From contig CAVWVI010000001.1 of the NCBI GenBank assembly GCA_963758495.1, forward strand, positions 224,001-288,000: DNA of 64,000 bases, in the 5' to 3' direction. The DNA is from Oligoflexia bacterium (GTDB lineage Bacteria > Bdellovibrionota > UBA1018). The position numbers and the translations under genes were made by a program. Of this stretch, positions 44,056-54,300 are shown in pieces; within the stretch, counting starts at the first letter, position 1; each line of letters begins with the position of its first letter. A model generated the notes under the pieces. That model was not told the DNA's origin, searched no databases, and was given only the letters and a program-made list of their open reading frames with translations.

Positions 44056-44853
44056 TTATAATTCAGATTCTTTAGTAAACTCACCAAATACACGAGTAGC
44101 GACATCCAAGTATTCTTCATCGCTCTTAATTTCCTGACCTGTTAAATGACGTTCCAATATTTGAGCTATTTTTGTTGCAATTTCTTGTACTCGCTCTGAC
44201 TTCTTGGCATCCACTGTCGGATTTTGGCCCAAGGACTTTCCATTCTTATGATGTGCATGAGCAATTCCTTTAGAAGGATTCAGGCAGGGCCGCATAAAGC
44301 CAGATAAAGCTCCACTCTTCAAATTGAGCTGCTCGCACGCTTCCGTCTCGGCAAATTCTGCTAATTCGTCCAATATTACACGTAATTTATCTTCGACCAT
44401 TTTCTTCCTTGCTATCCTCATCTTCGATCTCAGGGTAAACGCATCTTCCAATGACACTTCCTCGACACCTAATGAAATTGCATCTTTTGGCTCACCAATA
44501 GCGTTAAAACTCACTTCAAATCGAAGTTGACGCTTACTTTCACGCATATCTAAAAAAATTTCATTAGAATTATTGGATAATTCCCCATCTGAACTTTCAT
44601 CTTCATGTAGAGTAACCACTTCAAACTCTTCTGATTCGCTTTCATCACAATCACCAGAAGAATCATAAGAAGAATCATAAGAAGAATCATAAGAAGAATC
44701 ATAAGAAGAAATTAACTCCCTATTTTCGTAGTGTTTTTTATCGCCTAGTTTAAGTTTAAACTTACTAATAAACCCTGCTTGAACTTCAGAAGCACCCATA
44801 GATAAAGAACTTAATATTGAAAAAAATGTAATTACTTTAATTTTTTTATTCAT
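44056..44853 (-). CDS. Secreted hypothetical protein with acidic Ser-rich region
   Basis: Signal peptide ending VQA; GGAG RBS. Confidence 0.7.
   Translation of the reverse strand: MNKKIKVITFFSILSSLSMGASEVQAGFISKFKLKLGDKKHYENRELISSYDSSYDSSYDSSYDSSGDCDESESEEFEVVTLHEDESSDGELSNNSNEIFLDMRESKRQLRFEVSFNAIGEPKDAISLGVEEVSLEDAFTLRSKMRIARKKMVEDKLRVILDELAEFAETEACEQLNLKSGALSGFMRPCLNPSKGIAHAHHKNGKSLGQNPTVDAKKSERVQEIATKIAQILERHLTGQEIKSDEEYLDVATRVFGEFTKESEL
44656..44710. repeat. ~4.6 x 12-bp in-frame tandem repeat (encodes SSYD)
   Basis: AGAAGAATCATA x4 plus a partial copy. Confidence 0.9.
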
Positions 44854-44912
44854 AACTATAAATCACTCCAATTTTAAATCAAACTTTAACTCATTTTGAA
44901 ACAGGTAAGATT

Positions 44913-44929
44913 AGCAATCTACGTACCAA
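44913..44929 (-). promoter_or_regulatory. Putative sigma54 -24/-12 promoter
   Basis: Minus strand TTGGTACGTAGATTGCT. Confidence 0.55.
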
Positions 44930-45134
44930 TAATAAAAACCACTTCTCAAAAAATATTTCATAATAATTATGTAATTATGTATATTTTAAATGTAATTATA
45001 AAACTTGAAAAATCAGATCTGGGTGTCCAAGGAATTTACATTTGACTACCATTCGACTACGACTACTAGGCCGAGCGAACTAATCACCAGCCAGGTGAGT
45101 TGTTGTCTCATTTCATCAGCCAACTGTATATAAA

Positions 45135-45151
45135 TTGGTACATCATTAGCA
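45135..45151 (+). promoter_or_regulatory. Putative sigma54 -24/-12 promoter
   Basis: TTGGTACATCATTAGCA (GG-N10-GC). Confidence 0.45.
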
Positions 45152-45235
45152 CCCACCTCTCGATAGTAAGAAAAAAGGACTTAATTCAAATGGCAAAAGC
45201 CTTTATTTAATAAATGAAGTGATTTTAAAAAAGGA

Positions 45236-46072
45236 GTGAATTTAATGAAAAACCATCTTTTAACCTTTCTACCCGTCATGGGAGCGGTACTCATGGGCAC
45301 GATGACTCCGGGTACGCATTTTATTTCACCGAATGGAAACTTCCAACTCATTCATTCAGCATGGGCAGACGACTCTTCGGACCCATCATCCTCCACAGCT
45401 ACAACACCCACGGCACCTATAACCACAACTTCGCCTTCTTCTACCTCTCTATCTATTCTTACTGCCCAAGGAAACGTTGGCACTTATCTCACGGATTCTC
45501 AGGGTCGCACTCTTTATGCATTCGATGCAGACCTCGCGGGACAAAGCAATTGTACCGACCAATGCGCCCAGGTTTGGAACCCTGTCGTTGTTCCAGGCGG
45601 TCAAAATGCCATGGCAACTGGAGGTGCAAGCAGCTCACTCTTAGGTACTATTCAGAGAAGTGATGGCACCATGCAAGTCACCTATAACGGCATTCCCCTT
45701 TACTCCTTCAGCGAAGACCAATCCCCCGGTGATATGAATGGCCAAGGCATCAATGACTTTGGTGCAACTTGGTACACGGTAGATCCCAATGGTACTAAGA
45801 TTATGTCTGTCAGTGTCCCAGTAACCCCCACCACAGGAAGTAGTGAAAATAATTCTATGAACACTCATGCCATAGATAACCTAAGCAACTACTCCTGTGG
45901 TTACTCCAGCTGCGACACCACTGGATATTGCTGTAATTATTGCAGCTGTTACTATAGCAGTGGCTATGGTTATGGATACGGTAGTGGGTATGGCAATGGC
46001 TATGGCTATGGTAATGGGTATGGTTACGGACGCGGTTATGGCCGCGGTAATGGTCATCGTGGAAGAAGATAA
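45236..46072 (+). CDS. COG4315 (Lipoprotein_15 repeat) secreted protein with Cys-rich and Gly-Tyr-rich tail
   Basis: LTDSQGRTLYAFDAD, CTDQCAQVW, QVTYNGIPLYSFSED...G; tail CCNYCSCYY then (GYG)n. Confidence 0.85.
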   Translation: MNLMKNHLLTFLPVMGAVLMGTMTPGTHFISPNGNFQLIHSAWADDSSDPSSSTATTPTAPITTTSPSSTSLSILTAQGNVGTYLTDSQGRTLYAFDADLAGQSNCTDQCAQVWNPVVVPGGQNAMATGGASSSLLGTIQRSDGTMQVTYNGIPLYSFSEDQSPGDMNGQGINDFGATWYTVDPNGTKIMSVSVPVTPTTGSSENNSMNTHAIDNLSNYSCGYSSCDTTGYCCNYCSCYYSSGYGYGYGSGYGNGYGYGNGYGYGRGYGRGNGHRGRR

Positions 46073-46081
46073 TCAATCAAA

Positions 46082-46114
46082 GAGAAGGGGGCATCCTAGA
46101 AGCGTCCCCTTCTC
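46082..46114. terminator. Hairpin between convergent genes (possible terminator)
   Basis: GAGAAGGGGG...TCCCCTTCTC stem. Confidence 0.5.
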
Positions 46115-46156
46115 AATCCCCTTAGCTTACCAGCGCTAGCATTCTCAAAATGAGGC

Positions 46157-47668
46157 CTAAAGAAATTTTTCCGAAAACTCCCCATTTTGATACGAATAAA
46201 GCTTTTTCTGACCATCCACTTCAGTTTCAATATTCACAGGACGTTTCCATAATTCACTGAATGAACGCAAAGTTTCACGTGCCCAACGAATGTCTAAATC
46301 TAACCCCTGGTGTTTATGTAAAAGTAAAAGCTCACCTTTATTCTGAAAATTTCCATCTGTCACGTACACAAAAGGTTGACCCATATTAGTCAATTGAAAG
46401 AGCATTTTTTCTTTTACTTTCTTAAAATCCCGCTCTGCAATTTCATATTGATTCGTCCTACGATTGAAGGCGTAGGTGTATAATTTAAATCTCTCTACAA
46501 ATTCTTCAGTAAGATACTCATCAATAAAAGTGATATCATTACAAACTCGACGAACTTCAAATATCTTCTGTCGGCCTAAACCGAGACCAGTATCCCATTT
46601 CGCTTTGGCAACCATATCATCGCATTCATCATACTCTTTGCCAAATCGCCCCCTATTCCATCGATCCTCAATATCCCGAAATAGTTCAATCCCAATCTTA
46701 TAAGGATTCACCCTTCCAGGCTGCATAGCCATAGTCCCAGCATGATGATCTGAAAAATCAATAATCTCGGAATCCTTAAGCGCTTTCTGAGTCATAATCT
46801 TTGAATGCCAATAAGAGGCCCAGCCTTCATTCATGATTTTAGTTTGCGCTTGAGGGGCAAAGTAATAGGCTTCATCCCTGATAATAGATAAAACATCATG
46901 CTCCCATTCTTCGAGCGGGGCATTTTCTAAGATGTAAGCAAGTACATCTTTTTGAGGTTCGGATGGATTTTTTTTACTTTTTCGAGCTTGTTGTTCATTT
47001 CTCTTTTTTTGCTCCTCCAAAAACTCTGGAGGATTAATATACTGATCCATATATTGGCGTTGAGTTTTAATACGACCTAGCTCTTGAGTCTTTTCTTCTT
47101 CATGAGCCTTGAATTCTCTGGATTCGCGTCTTTTAGGTTCATTAAAAGCAGAATAAGGATCAATCAAACTTTCAATCGCCAAACAGTGATCAATGTAATT
47201 TTCAACCTTATCCTGTCCATAGCGATCCATATAATTGCGGATTTTAACGGCATGATTCGCCATGCTATCTAACATTTTTCGATTTGTTTTAGAAAACCAG
47301 TAATTATTTTTAAAAAAATCCACATGCCCATAAACGTGTGCGATCACGGTTTTTTGATCCACCAGATTATTTGACTTCATCAAATAAGCATAAGAAGGGT
47401 TGGTATTAATCACCATTTCATAAATCTTTTGAAGTCCCCATGCATAACCCTTGGAAAGTTGATCATAGTCCATTCCAAAACGCCAATGAGGGTAGCGAAC
47501 CGGAAATCCTCCGAGAGCGGCCAGAGAATTGATTTGTTCATAGTCTACCATTTCAAAAATCGTCTCGAAAAAATCGAGTCCAAAATCTTCTGCGTATTTC
47601 CGAATTTGACTTTGAACAACCAATAATTCGGGGGTCAAGCCACTATTAAAGTATTCATTTGTTGACAT
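46157..47668 (-). CDS. spoVR: SpoVR/YcgB family protein
   Basis: RYPHWRFG, IYEMVINTNP, AHVYGHVDFFKNN, TKIMNEGWASYWH. Confidence 0.93.
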   Translation of the reverse strand: MSTNEYFNSGLTPELLVVQSQIRKYAEDFGLDFFETIFEMVDYEQINSLAALGGFPVRYPHWRFGMDYDQLSKGYAWGLQKIYEMVINTNPSYAYLMKSNNLVDQKTVIAHVYGHVDFFKNNYWFSKTNRKMLDSMANHAVKIRNYMDRYGQDKVENYIDHCLAIESLIDPYSAFNEPKRRESREFKAHEEEKTQELGRIKTQRQYMDQYINPPEFLEEQKKRNEQQARKSKKNPSEPQKDVLAYILENAPLEEWEHDVLSIIRDEAYYFAPQAQTKIMNEGWASYWHSKIMTQKALKDSEIIDFSDHHAGTMAMQPGRVNPYKIGIELFRDIEDRWNRGRFGKEYDECDDMVAKAKWDTGLGLGRQKIFEVRRVCNDITFIDEYLTEEFVERFKLYTYAFNRRTNQYEIAERDFKKVKEKMLFQLTNMGQPFVYVTDGNFQNKGELLLLHKHQGLDLDIRWARETLRSFSELWKRPVNIETEVDGQKKLYSYQNGEFSEKFL

Positions 47669-47675
47669 GGCTTAC

Positions 47676-48785
47676 TCACTTTCCCTTCCCCAAGAACTCT
47701 TTAATCGACTGTAAAATTCCTTCTTTATTCTCGATCTTGGAAAGTATGACAGATTCATGATTATTGCCAAAATGCTCCTTAAGATCTTTAAAAAACTGAC
47801 CCGATCCATAACGAGATTCGACCTGACCATAACAGAAAACATTACAAATCTTTAAAAGAGTTTTATCTAAAATGTCCAAACAAACTCGAGTGTCTTCACC
47901 CGACCAGTTATCACCATCGGAAAAATGAAATGGATAGATATTCCAATCAGAAGGAGGATAATCTGTCTCAATGATTTTTTCGCAAAGCTTATAGGCAGAA
48001 CTAATTAAAGTCCCACCGGACTCACGAGTTTTGAAAAAAGTATCCTCATCGACTTCACGGGCTGTGGCGTCATGAATGATGTAGCGAGTCTCTATCCCTT
48101 TATATTGCGATCGTAGCCAGGTATCGATCCAAAATGCTTCAGTGCGAACCACTTCCTTTTGTTCATCACCCATGGATCCTGAGACGTCCATCATATAGAC
48201 AATCACTGCGTTATTTTCGTGCCGAATATCAGATTTCCACGATCGGTACCGCATATCCCGACGAATCGGAATAATTACAGGGTTATCAGGGTTATAAATT
48301 CCAGAAGCAATTTGCCGCCTGAGGGTCTCACGAAAAGTTCTCTTAAAATGCCGCAGCGAATTCGGTCCCTGATTAGCAATACCGGTATAACGCTCAGTCT
48401 TGGACTTAAGGGTCTTATGCCCACGAGGTTCAATTTTAGGGAGTTCTAATTGTTCACCTAAAATTTCGGCGAGTTCCTGAAGACTCAAATCGACTTCTAA
48501 CAAGTGATTTCCAGCTTGATCACCTGCTTCTCCCTGGCCTGGCTGAGGCTCACCCTGACCCACTGGATCACCCGCTTTTCCATTGCCTTGGCCCACGCCT
48601 CCTTGTTCTTTATCACCAAAACGAAATCGTGGAATTTCAATTTGTGGCAAGGGAATAGTGACCAAGTCTTTCCCTTTTCGACCAATCATTTCTCCGTGAG
48701 TGACATACTTCTTCAGATCTTGTTTGATCTTGCCTTTCACGATTGCTCTAAAACGAGCATGATCACGCTTGATGTTATAAATCAT
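47676..48785 (-). CDS. DUF444 (YeaH/YhbH) vWA-like protein
   Basis: [26 protein letters not shown]. Confidence 0.92.
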   Translation of the reverse strand: MIYNIKRDHARFRAIVKGKIKQDLKKYVTHGEMIGRKGKDLVTIPLPQIEIPRFRFGDKEQGGVGQGNGKAGDPVGQGEPQPGQGEAGDQAGNHLLEVDLSLQELAEILGEQLELPKIEPRGHKTLKSKTERYTGIANQGPNSLRHFKRTFRETLRRQIASGIYNPDNPVIIPIRRDMRYRSWKSDIRHENNAVIVYMMDVSGSMGDEQKEVVRTEAFWIDTWLRSQYKGIETRYIIHDATAREVDEDTFFKTRESGGTLISSAYKLCEKIIETDYPPSDWNIYPFHFSDGDNWSGEDTRVCLDILDKTLLKICNVFCYGQVESRYGSGQFFKDLKEHFGNNHESVILSKIENKEGILQSIKEFLGKGK

Positions 48786-50884
48786 GAGCGCTTTTTCACA
48801 TCCCCTCGAGCAAATATGCTCGCTACAAAGTTAAGGACGTCAGTTGAGCAAATTTCGCAATAACCATAATTTTTGATTAAACGAGTTTTGACTACATCAA
48901 TTTTTTCCTGGGTGGATCGATCCACCACATTAGAAACAAGAGATGTCAACTTAATCGTGTCTTTTTGGTCTTCAAAAAGCTTCAGCTCTAACGCTTTATG
49001 AAGTCTTTCATTTGTTTTGTAATCAAAGATCCGACCTTCAATCGCTAATGCCCCAATGTAGTTCATGATCTCTCTCCGGAAATCATCTTTTCGACTTTCC
49101 GGAATATCAATCTTATCCTCGATAGAGCGCATCAGTCTTTCATCTGGTTCCTCATCCTGACCTGTGTACTTATTTTTTACCTTTTCACGCTGAGTGTAGG
49201 CTTTTACATTATCAATGTAGTTTGAGCAAAGCTTCGCAATGGCGTCCTCATCTGCAGAAATGGCGCGCTGAACCTCATTTTTTACAATATCCTCGTACTC
49301 TTGCTTAACGACTGCAAGCAGCTCCCGATATTCTCGCCGCTTCTCATCACTCCCAATCAAGGCATGATTTTTTAGACCCCCTTCAAGTTCGTTCATCACC
49401 ATGAAAGGATTGACGCATCCCACTTCACCACTTTTATCGCTGACCAATGCATTAGAGATTTTATCTTGAACGTACCGAGGGCTAATTCCTTCAAGCCCTT
49501 CACGAACCGCTTCTTTACGAAGCTCCTTCACATTATCTTCCGTATACCCAGTTAAGGTCTTTCCGTCATACAGTTTTAGTTTTTGAAGAAGCGATAGATT
49601 TGCCTTCTTGGGCTGCTCTAAGCGAGTAAGAATAGCCCACATTCCTGCCACCTCTACGGTATGGGGAGCAATGTGCTTTCCTTTTATTTTATTCGCATTA
49701 AAATCTTTCTCATAGATTTTAATCTCTTCTTTTAACTTAGTAATATACGGAACGTCGATTTTAACAGTACGATCTCGTAACGCTTCCATAAACTCATTAT
49801 TTTGAAGCTTTTTAAACTCAGGCTCATTCGTATGTCCTACGATCACTTCATCAATATCGGTTTGAGGAAATTTCTTGGGCTTGATTTTATGCTCTTGCGA
49901 AGCGCCAAGTAAATCATAAAGAAACGCAACATCCAGTTTTAAAACTTCGATAAACTCAACAATTCCTCGATTAGCAATATTAAATTCGCCATCGAAATTA
50001 AAAGCACGTGGATCTGAATCTGAACCATATTCTGCAATTTTTCGATAATTAATATCTCCGGTCAACTCGGTAGAGTCCTGGTTCTTTTCATCTTTAGGTT
50101 GAAAAGTGCCAATACCAATACGATCTTTTTCAGATAATAAAAGGCGCTGAACTTTTATATGTTGCAATACCTTGGAGAGATCACCTTGATATCTCCGCAT
50201 AAATTCACGTTGTACATAACGACAAGCCGGACACAGATCTCCGGTAATATTCACTTTATAATCGATCTTATTCCCTTTATTCAGTTCATCAATAATCTTG
50301 GGACGAAGCTCCTCAGGAATCAAACGCAAGGGCTCTTCATGCATGGGACAAGCCATTTCTAGCTGATTACCCAAAATATTATCGTTATTTTTACCATCAA
50401 TCCATTTAAAGGTATAAAGCGCTCCTTCATCCTGCCGTGAATAGCGTTCCGTACCTTTTTTCAATAATCGTGCGATAGTCGACTTAGCAGATCCTACCGG
50501 ACCGTGTAATAGTAAAACGCGTTTCTCCGTACCATAACCGTAGGCTGCAGACTTAAAGAAATGAACCAATTTCATCAGGGGTACGTCTAAGCCAAATACT
50601 CCATCTTTGCCGTGATCAATGGGATCATCAAAAAATTTATATCGAACAATGTTTTTCTTATATTCAAGGTAAGAAGAAGTCCCCCAAGAAAGAATCATGT
50701 CATAGATTCGCTGAAAAGCATTTCGACTGACATGTGGATTATTTTTTACAATATCCAGGTAATCGGCAAAAGACCCCTCCCAGTGGAAATTACGAAACTC
50801 CCTGACAGCATTATTGTCCCCCAACATTTTTGCCCAATCGCTGTTAGAAGTCGTTGTTTCATGATGCGCCATTCGTTTTCCCAC
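48782..50884 (-). CDS. prkA: PrkA/YeaG family AAA+ serine protein kinase
   Basis: Walker [36 protein letters not shown]. The start may be the ATG at 50872. Confidence 0.93.
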   Translation of the reverse strand: MGKRMAHHETTTSNSDWAKMLGDNNAVREFRNFHWEGSFADYLDIVKNNPHVSRNAFQRIYDMILSWGTSSYLEYKKNIVRYKFFDDPIDHGKDGVFGLDVPLMKLVHFFKSAAYGYGTEKRVLLLHGPVGSAKSTIARLLKKGTERYSRQDEGALYTFKWIDGKNNDNILGNQLEMACPMHEEPLRLIPEELRPKIIDELNKGNKIDYKVNITGDLCPACRYVQREFMRRYQGDLSKVLQHIKVQRLLLSEKDRIGIGTFQPKDEKNQDSTELTGDINYRKIAEYGSDSDPRAFNFDGEFNIANRGIVEFIEVLKLDVAFLYDLLGASQEHKIKPKKFPQTDIDEVIVGHTNEPEFKKLQNNEFMEALRDRTVKIDVPYITKLKEEIKIYEKDFNANKIKGKHIAPHTVEVAGMWAILTRLEQPKKANLSLLQKLKLYDGKTLTGYTEDNVKELRKEAVREGLEGISPRYVQDKISNALVSDKSGEVGCVNPFMVMNELEGGLKNHALIGSDEKRREYRELLAVVKQEYEDIVKNEVQRAISADEDAIAKLCSNYIDNVKAYTQREKVKNKYTGQDEEPDERLMRSIEDKIDIPESRKDDFRREIMNYIGALAIEGRIFDYKTNERLHKALELKLFEDQKDTIKLTSLVSNVVDRSTQEKIDVVKTRLIKNYGYCEICSTDVLNFVASIFARGDVKKRS

Positions 50885-51079
50885 CTTCCCCAGTAAGTAA
50901 ACTCGTTTTATTTCAGATAGTTACTACTTAAATCTTTACTCAATGCCCCACATTTTCATCACATTCTCAGCCATACTTTCAACCATTCTTAGATTGAATT
51001 CCAACCTCTTCGTTCATTTTACCTTTACATCAGTCCTACTGTAAAGTTAGCGTAAACTTTAATTTGGAGAGCTCAACCT

Positions 51080-52429
51080 ATGCACTCTTACCTTCAAGGG
51101 CACCCGGCTTTAATTCATGCCATCAAACGTCTAGAAAGACTCAACCCAGATCAATTTGAGGTTTACTTCGAACATCGTACCTCAACAAAGATTGACTCTA
51201 AAGATCAAGAGATAGACACCCTCTCTCGATCTGAAGACATGGGTCTATCCATTCGCCTTATTAAAGACCGAAAACTCGGATTCAGTTTTACTACTTCACT
51301 TGAAAACGAAGCGATTGAAAAGGCTATTGATACCGCCTCTGAAGTGGCAATTTTTATGCCCGAAGACGAATACGTGGGGCTTTATACCTTCGGCAGCTTT
51401 GTCTATCCTAGCGTAGATAACTTTGATGTTACCGGATTGGCTATTCCCCTTCAAGAGAAGACTCATCTAGCCAAAACTTTAGAAGCGCACTGTCGGAAAG
51501 CTGATCCCAGAATTACCGCTATTCGCTCCGCATCAATTTCAGAAACTTGCTTTGAAGCCCACCTAGTGGATTCAAGCGGCGAGCATATTCAACATAAAAG
51601 CAGTGGTTTTTCTGCGGGTGTGACTTGTAAAGCAGAGTCAGGTGGAGATAGCCAAATAGGAAGTGAATATGATTTCTCAAATTATTTAGATAACCTTGAT
51701 ATTAAAAAGATCGCCCAGCTTTCTGCAGAATGGGCTATTGAGCTTTTGGGCGCCAGCTCTGCCCCCACTATGAAATGTCCCGCTGTCCTTAGAAACTCTG
51801 TCGTCGCAGATCTTCTCGAGTTTTTATCGAATAGCTTTTCAGCAGAACAAATGAGTAAAGGTAGAAGCATGCTGGCTGGCAAGATCGGCCAACCGCTTTT
51901 TTCTGAAAAAGTAACCCTAATAGATGACGGACTTCTCCCAGGAGGAGCAGGAACCACTCCTTTTGACGGAGAAGGAGTTCCTTCGAGGAATACTCTCCTT
52001 GTAGACGGGGGGTTCATGACCTCCGCACTCTATGATAGTTACTATGCACGCAAGTATGGAGTTGAACCGACCGGAAATTCGCTTCGAGGAATTAAGTCGG
52101 CTCCGTCCATAGGTTTTTCAAATCTTTATATGCAGAGCGGTAAAAAAACTTTCAATTCACTCATCCAGGACATTTCAAAAGGAATTCTCATCACCGATCT
52201 CATGGGAATTCATACCGCCAACCCTGTGACAGGAGATTTCTCACTGGGTGCTTCTGGAATTTTAATTGAAAAGGGTAAACTCACTCGCCCAGTAAAAGGC
52301 TTCGCAATAGCAGGCAATGTATTGGAACTTTTTCGAAGAATGACAGATATTAGTAGTGATCTTAAATTTTTCGGACGAATTGGCGCCCCGTCTGTCCGAC
52401 TCAGTGAAATCTCTGTGGGTGGGGCTTAA
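51080..52429 (+). CDS. TldD/PmbA family protein (PmbA/TldE-like)
   Basis: PFDGEG, HTANPVTGDFS, IAGN; lacks the HExxGH motif of TldD. Confidence 0.9.
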   Translation: MHSYLQGHPALIHAIKRLERLNPDQFEVYFEHRTSTKIDSKDQEIDTLSRSEDMGLSIRLIKDRKLGFSFTTSLENEAIEKAIDTASEVAIFMPEDEYVGLYTFGSFVYPSVDNFDVTGLAIPLQEKTHLAKTLEAHCRKADPRITAIRSASISETCFEAHLVDSSGEHIQHKSSGFSAGVTCKAESGGDSQIGSEYDFSNYLDNLDIKKIAQLSAEWAIELLGASSAPTMKCPAVLRNSVVADLLEFLSNSFSAEQMSKGRSMLAGKIGQPLFSEKVTLIDDGLLPGGAGTTPFDGEGVPSRNTLLVDGGFMTSALYDSYYARKYGVEPTGNSLRGIKSAPSIGFSNLYMQSGKKTFNSLIQDISKGILITDLMGIHTANPVTGDFSLGASGILIEKGKLTRPVKGFAIAGNVLELFRRMTDISSDLKFFGRIGAPSVRLSEISVGGA

Positions 52430-52480
52430 TTCTAAGAGCACGTATTTTGCCGCGTGTTCTCAATCGTATCTGAGGGCTGG

Positions 52481-53221
52481 ATGACACAATTTAAGGTCGG
52501 ATTTGGAACCGACGTGGGCCGCAAACGATCTCAAAATCAAGACAGTGGTATTGCTCGTCCTGAATTAGGCCTTTTTGTGGTCTCCGATGGAATGGGAGGA
52601 CACCGAGGGGGCGAAACTGCAAGTGCCATGGCTGTCGAGATCATTTCAAATTTCACTTCTAAAGCCGAAAGCCATCAAGATTGGGAACCCAACCGAGTCA
52701 TTTCAGATGCACTTCAGGCTGCCAATCTGGCTGTTTATGAAAAATCATTGAACCATGTTCATCTTCAAGGAATGGGAACCACCACAACCGCACTCCTCTT
52801 TAAAGATCATCACCTCAGTATTGGACATGTGGGAGATAGTCGCTGTTATCTTTTTCGTCCGAATGCGGTTTGGCAGCTCACTCGAGATCATTCACTCGTA
52901 CAAGAGAAGTTAAAAGCCGGTCTCATTAAACGAAGTGAAGTTAAAACTGACCGAATGAAAAATGTCATTACTCGGTCAGTAGGATTTGAAAAAGAGGTGG
53001 AGGTTGAAATTTACCAAATGGAAGTGCAATCAGGGGATTGTTTTCTGATCTGTTCTGATGGCCTTTCAGGACTCATGGAAGATTTGGAGATGCTTAAAGT
53101 GATTCAAGAACAAGTTTTTGAAGCCGGAAACCTACAAAATGGAGTAAATGAACTGATCGCCACCGCCAATTCGCACGGGGGCGACGACAATATTACTTCG
53201 ATCTTGGTTCAAGTGCTCTAA
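52481..53221 (+). CDS. PP2C-type Ser/Thr phosphatase (Stp1/PrpC family)
   Basis: TDVGRKR..NQD, DGMGGH, HVGDSR, CSDGL, GGDDNIT; ATG at 52481 chosen over GTG at 52454. Confidence 0.93.
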   Translation: MTQFKVGFGTDVGRKRSQNQDSGIARPELGLFVVSDGMGGHRGGETASAMAVEIISNFTSKAESHQDWEPNRVISDALQAANLAVYEKSLNHVHLQGMGTTTTALLFKDHHLSIGHVGDSRCYLFRPNAVWQLTRDHSLVQEKLKAGLIKRSEVKTDRMKNVITRSVGFEKEVEVEIYQMEVQSGDCFLICSDGLSGLMEDLEMLKVIQEQVFEAGNLQNGVNELIATANSHGGDDNITSILVQVL

Positions 53222-53238
53222 CCAGGTAGCCTAAAGAA

Positions 53239-54234
53239 ATGGCGAATCGATTCTATACTATTCTCATCGTACCTGAAAAAACCTCTCACGTCAGGAAGTG
53301 GATATTACCCAGTTGGCTTCTACGCGGAACAGCAGTGTGCCTTGCCTTTTTGATACTGCTCGCAGGAGTCATGGTTTTTGATTATTGGTATGTCATGAGT
53401 CAAATTGGTGAAAATCGGCAACTCAAAGTAGAGAATCGTAGATTGCGGCAGCAGGTGCAAATCTTTCAAAATAAGATCACCACCGTAGAAAATACGATGG
53501 ATCGAGTGAAATCCTTTGCTACGCGTTTAAAAGTGATCATGCATGTGGAAGATCAGACGCCTAACCTTCAAGGAAAACTTCCTGATGCGAACACAAACAC
53601 TACGAATGCGAACCTGACGAACACCTCGGTCACCCCCTCTCAAGTGATCACTCCCCCTTCCGATCCAAAAGCCAGCATCCAAGGAGAACTCGATCCTGAA
53701 AAAATGGAGCTTCAAAAAGAATATTCCGTCTTAGAAAATCGAATTGAAGATCTGAATACAGAAGCCTTTCATACGGAAGAACTTCTCCAAGATGAATATG
53801 AAGTTCTGTATGATAAGAAATCATTTCTCGCGGCGCTCCCCACCCGACAACCTGCTCCAGGCTACTTCACCTCGGGTTTTGGAGTACGAACTTCACCCTA
53901 TGGGGATCGCGTCAAAATGCATGAAGGTTTAGATATAGCCAACCGCATCGGAACGGTGGTGCGCGCACCAGCAAGTGGCGAAGTCACTTTTGCCAACTCC
54001 AAAAGTGGCTATGGTCTGACTTTAATTTTAAGCCATGGCTATGGTATTGAAACTTGGTATGGTCATTTAAGAAAATTTCTACAAAATAAAGGAGATAAGG
54101 TTAAACGCGGAGATAAAATAGCGCTTCTCGGTAACAGCGGTCGCTCTACAGGGCCTCACGTACATTATGAAGTTCGAGTTCATGGGTATCCAGTTGACCC
54201 ACGCTCCTATATTTTTGAAGATTCAAGCCCATAG
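53239..54234 (+). CDS. M23 family peptidase with TM anchor and coiled coil
   Basis: HEGLDIA, YGHL, STGPHVHYEV. Confidence 0.92.
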   Translation: MANRFYTILIVPEKTSHVRKWILPSWLLRGTAVCLAFLILLAGVMVFDYWYVMSQIGENRQLKVENRRLRQQVQIFQNKITTVENTMDRVKSFATRLKVIMHVEDQTPNLQGKLPDANTNTTNANLTNTSVTPSQVITPPSDPKASIQGELDPEKMELQKEYSVLENRIEDLNTEAFHTEELLQDEYEVLYDKKSFLAALPTRQPAPGYFTSGFGVRTSPYGDRVKMHEGLDIANRIGTVVRAPASGEVTFANSKSGYGLTLILSHGYGIETWYGHLRKFLQNKGDKVKRGDKIALLGNSGRSTGPHVHYEVRVHGYPVDPRSYIFEDSSP

Positions 54235-54300
54235 ATTCGATTAAATTTGCTTTTACACGTGACAGTTTGCCTCGCGCCTATTAAACTCGGCCACTAAATT

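Noticed and set aside
46157..50884. spoVR/prkA as evidence for sporulation
   Set aside because: The prkA-yeaH-spoVR trio is widespread in non-sporulating bacteria.
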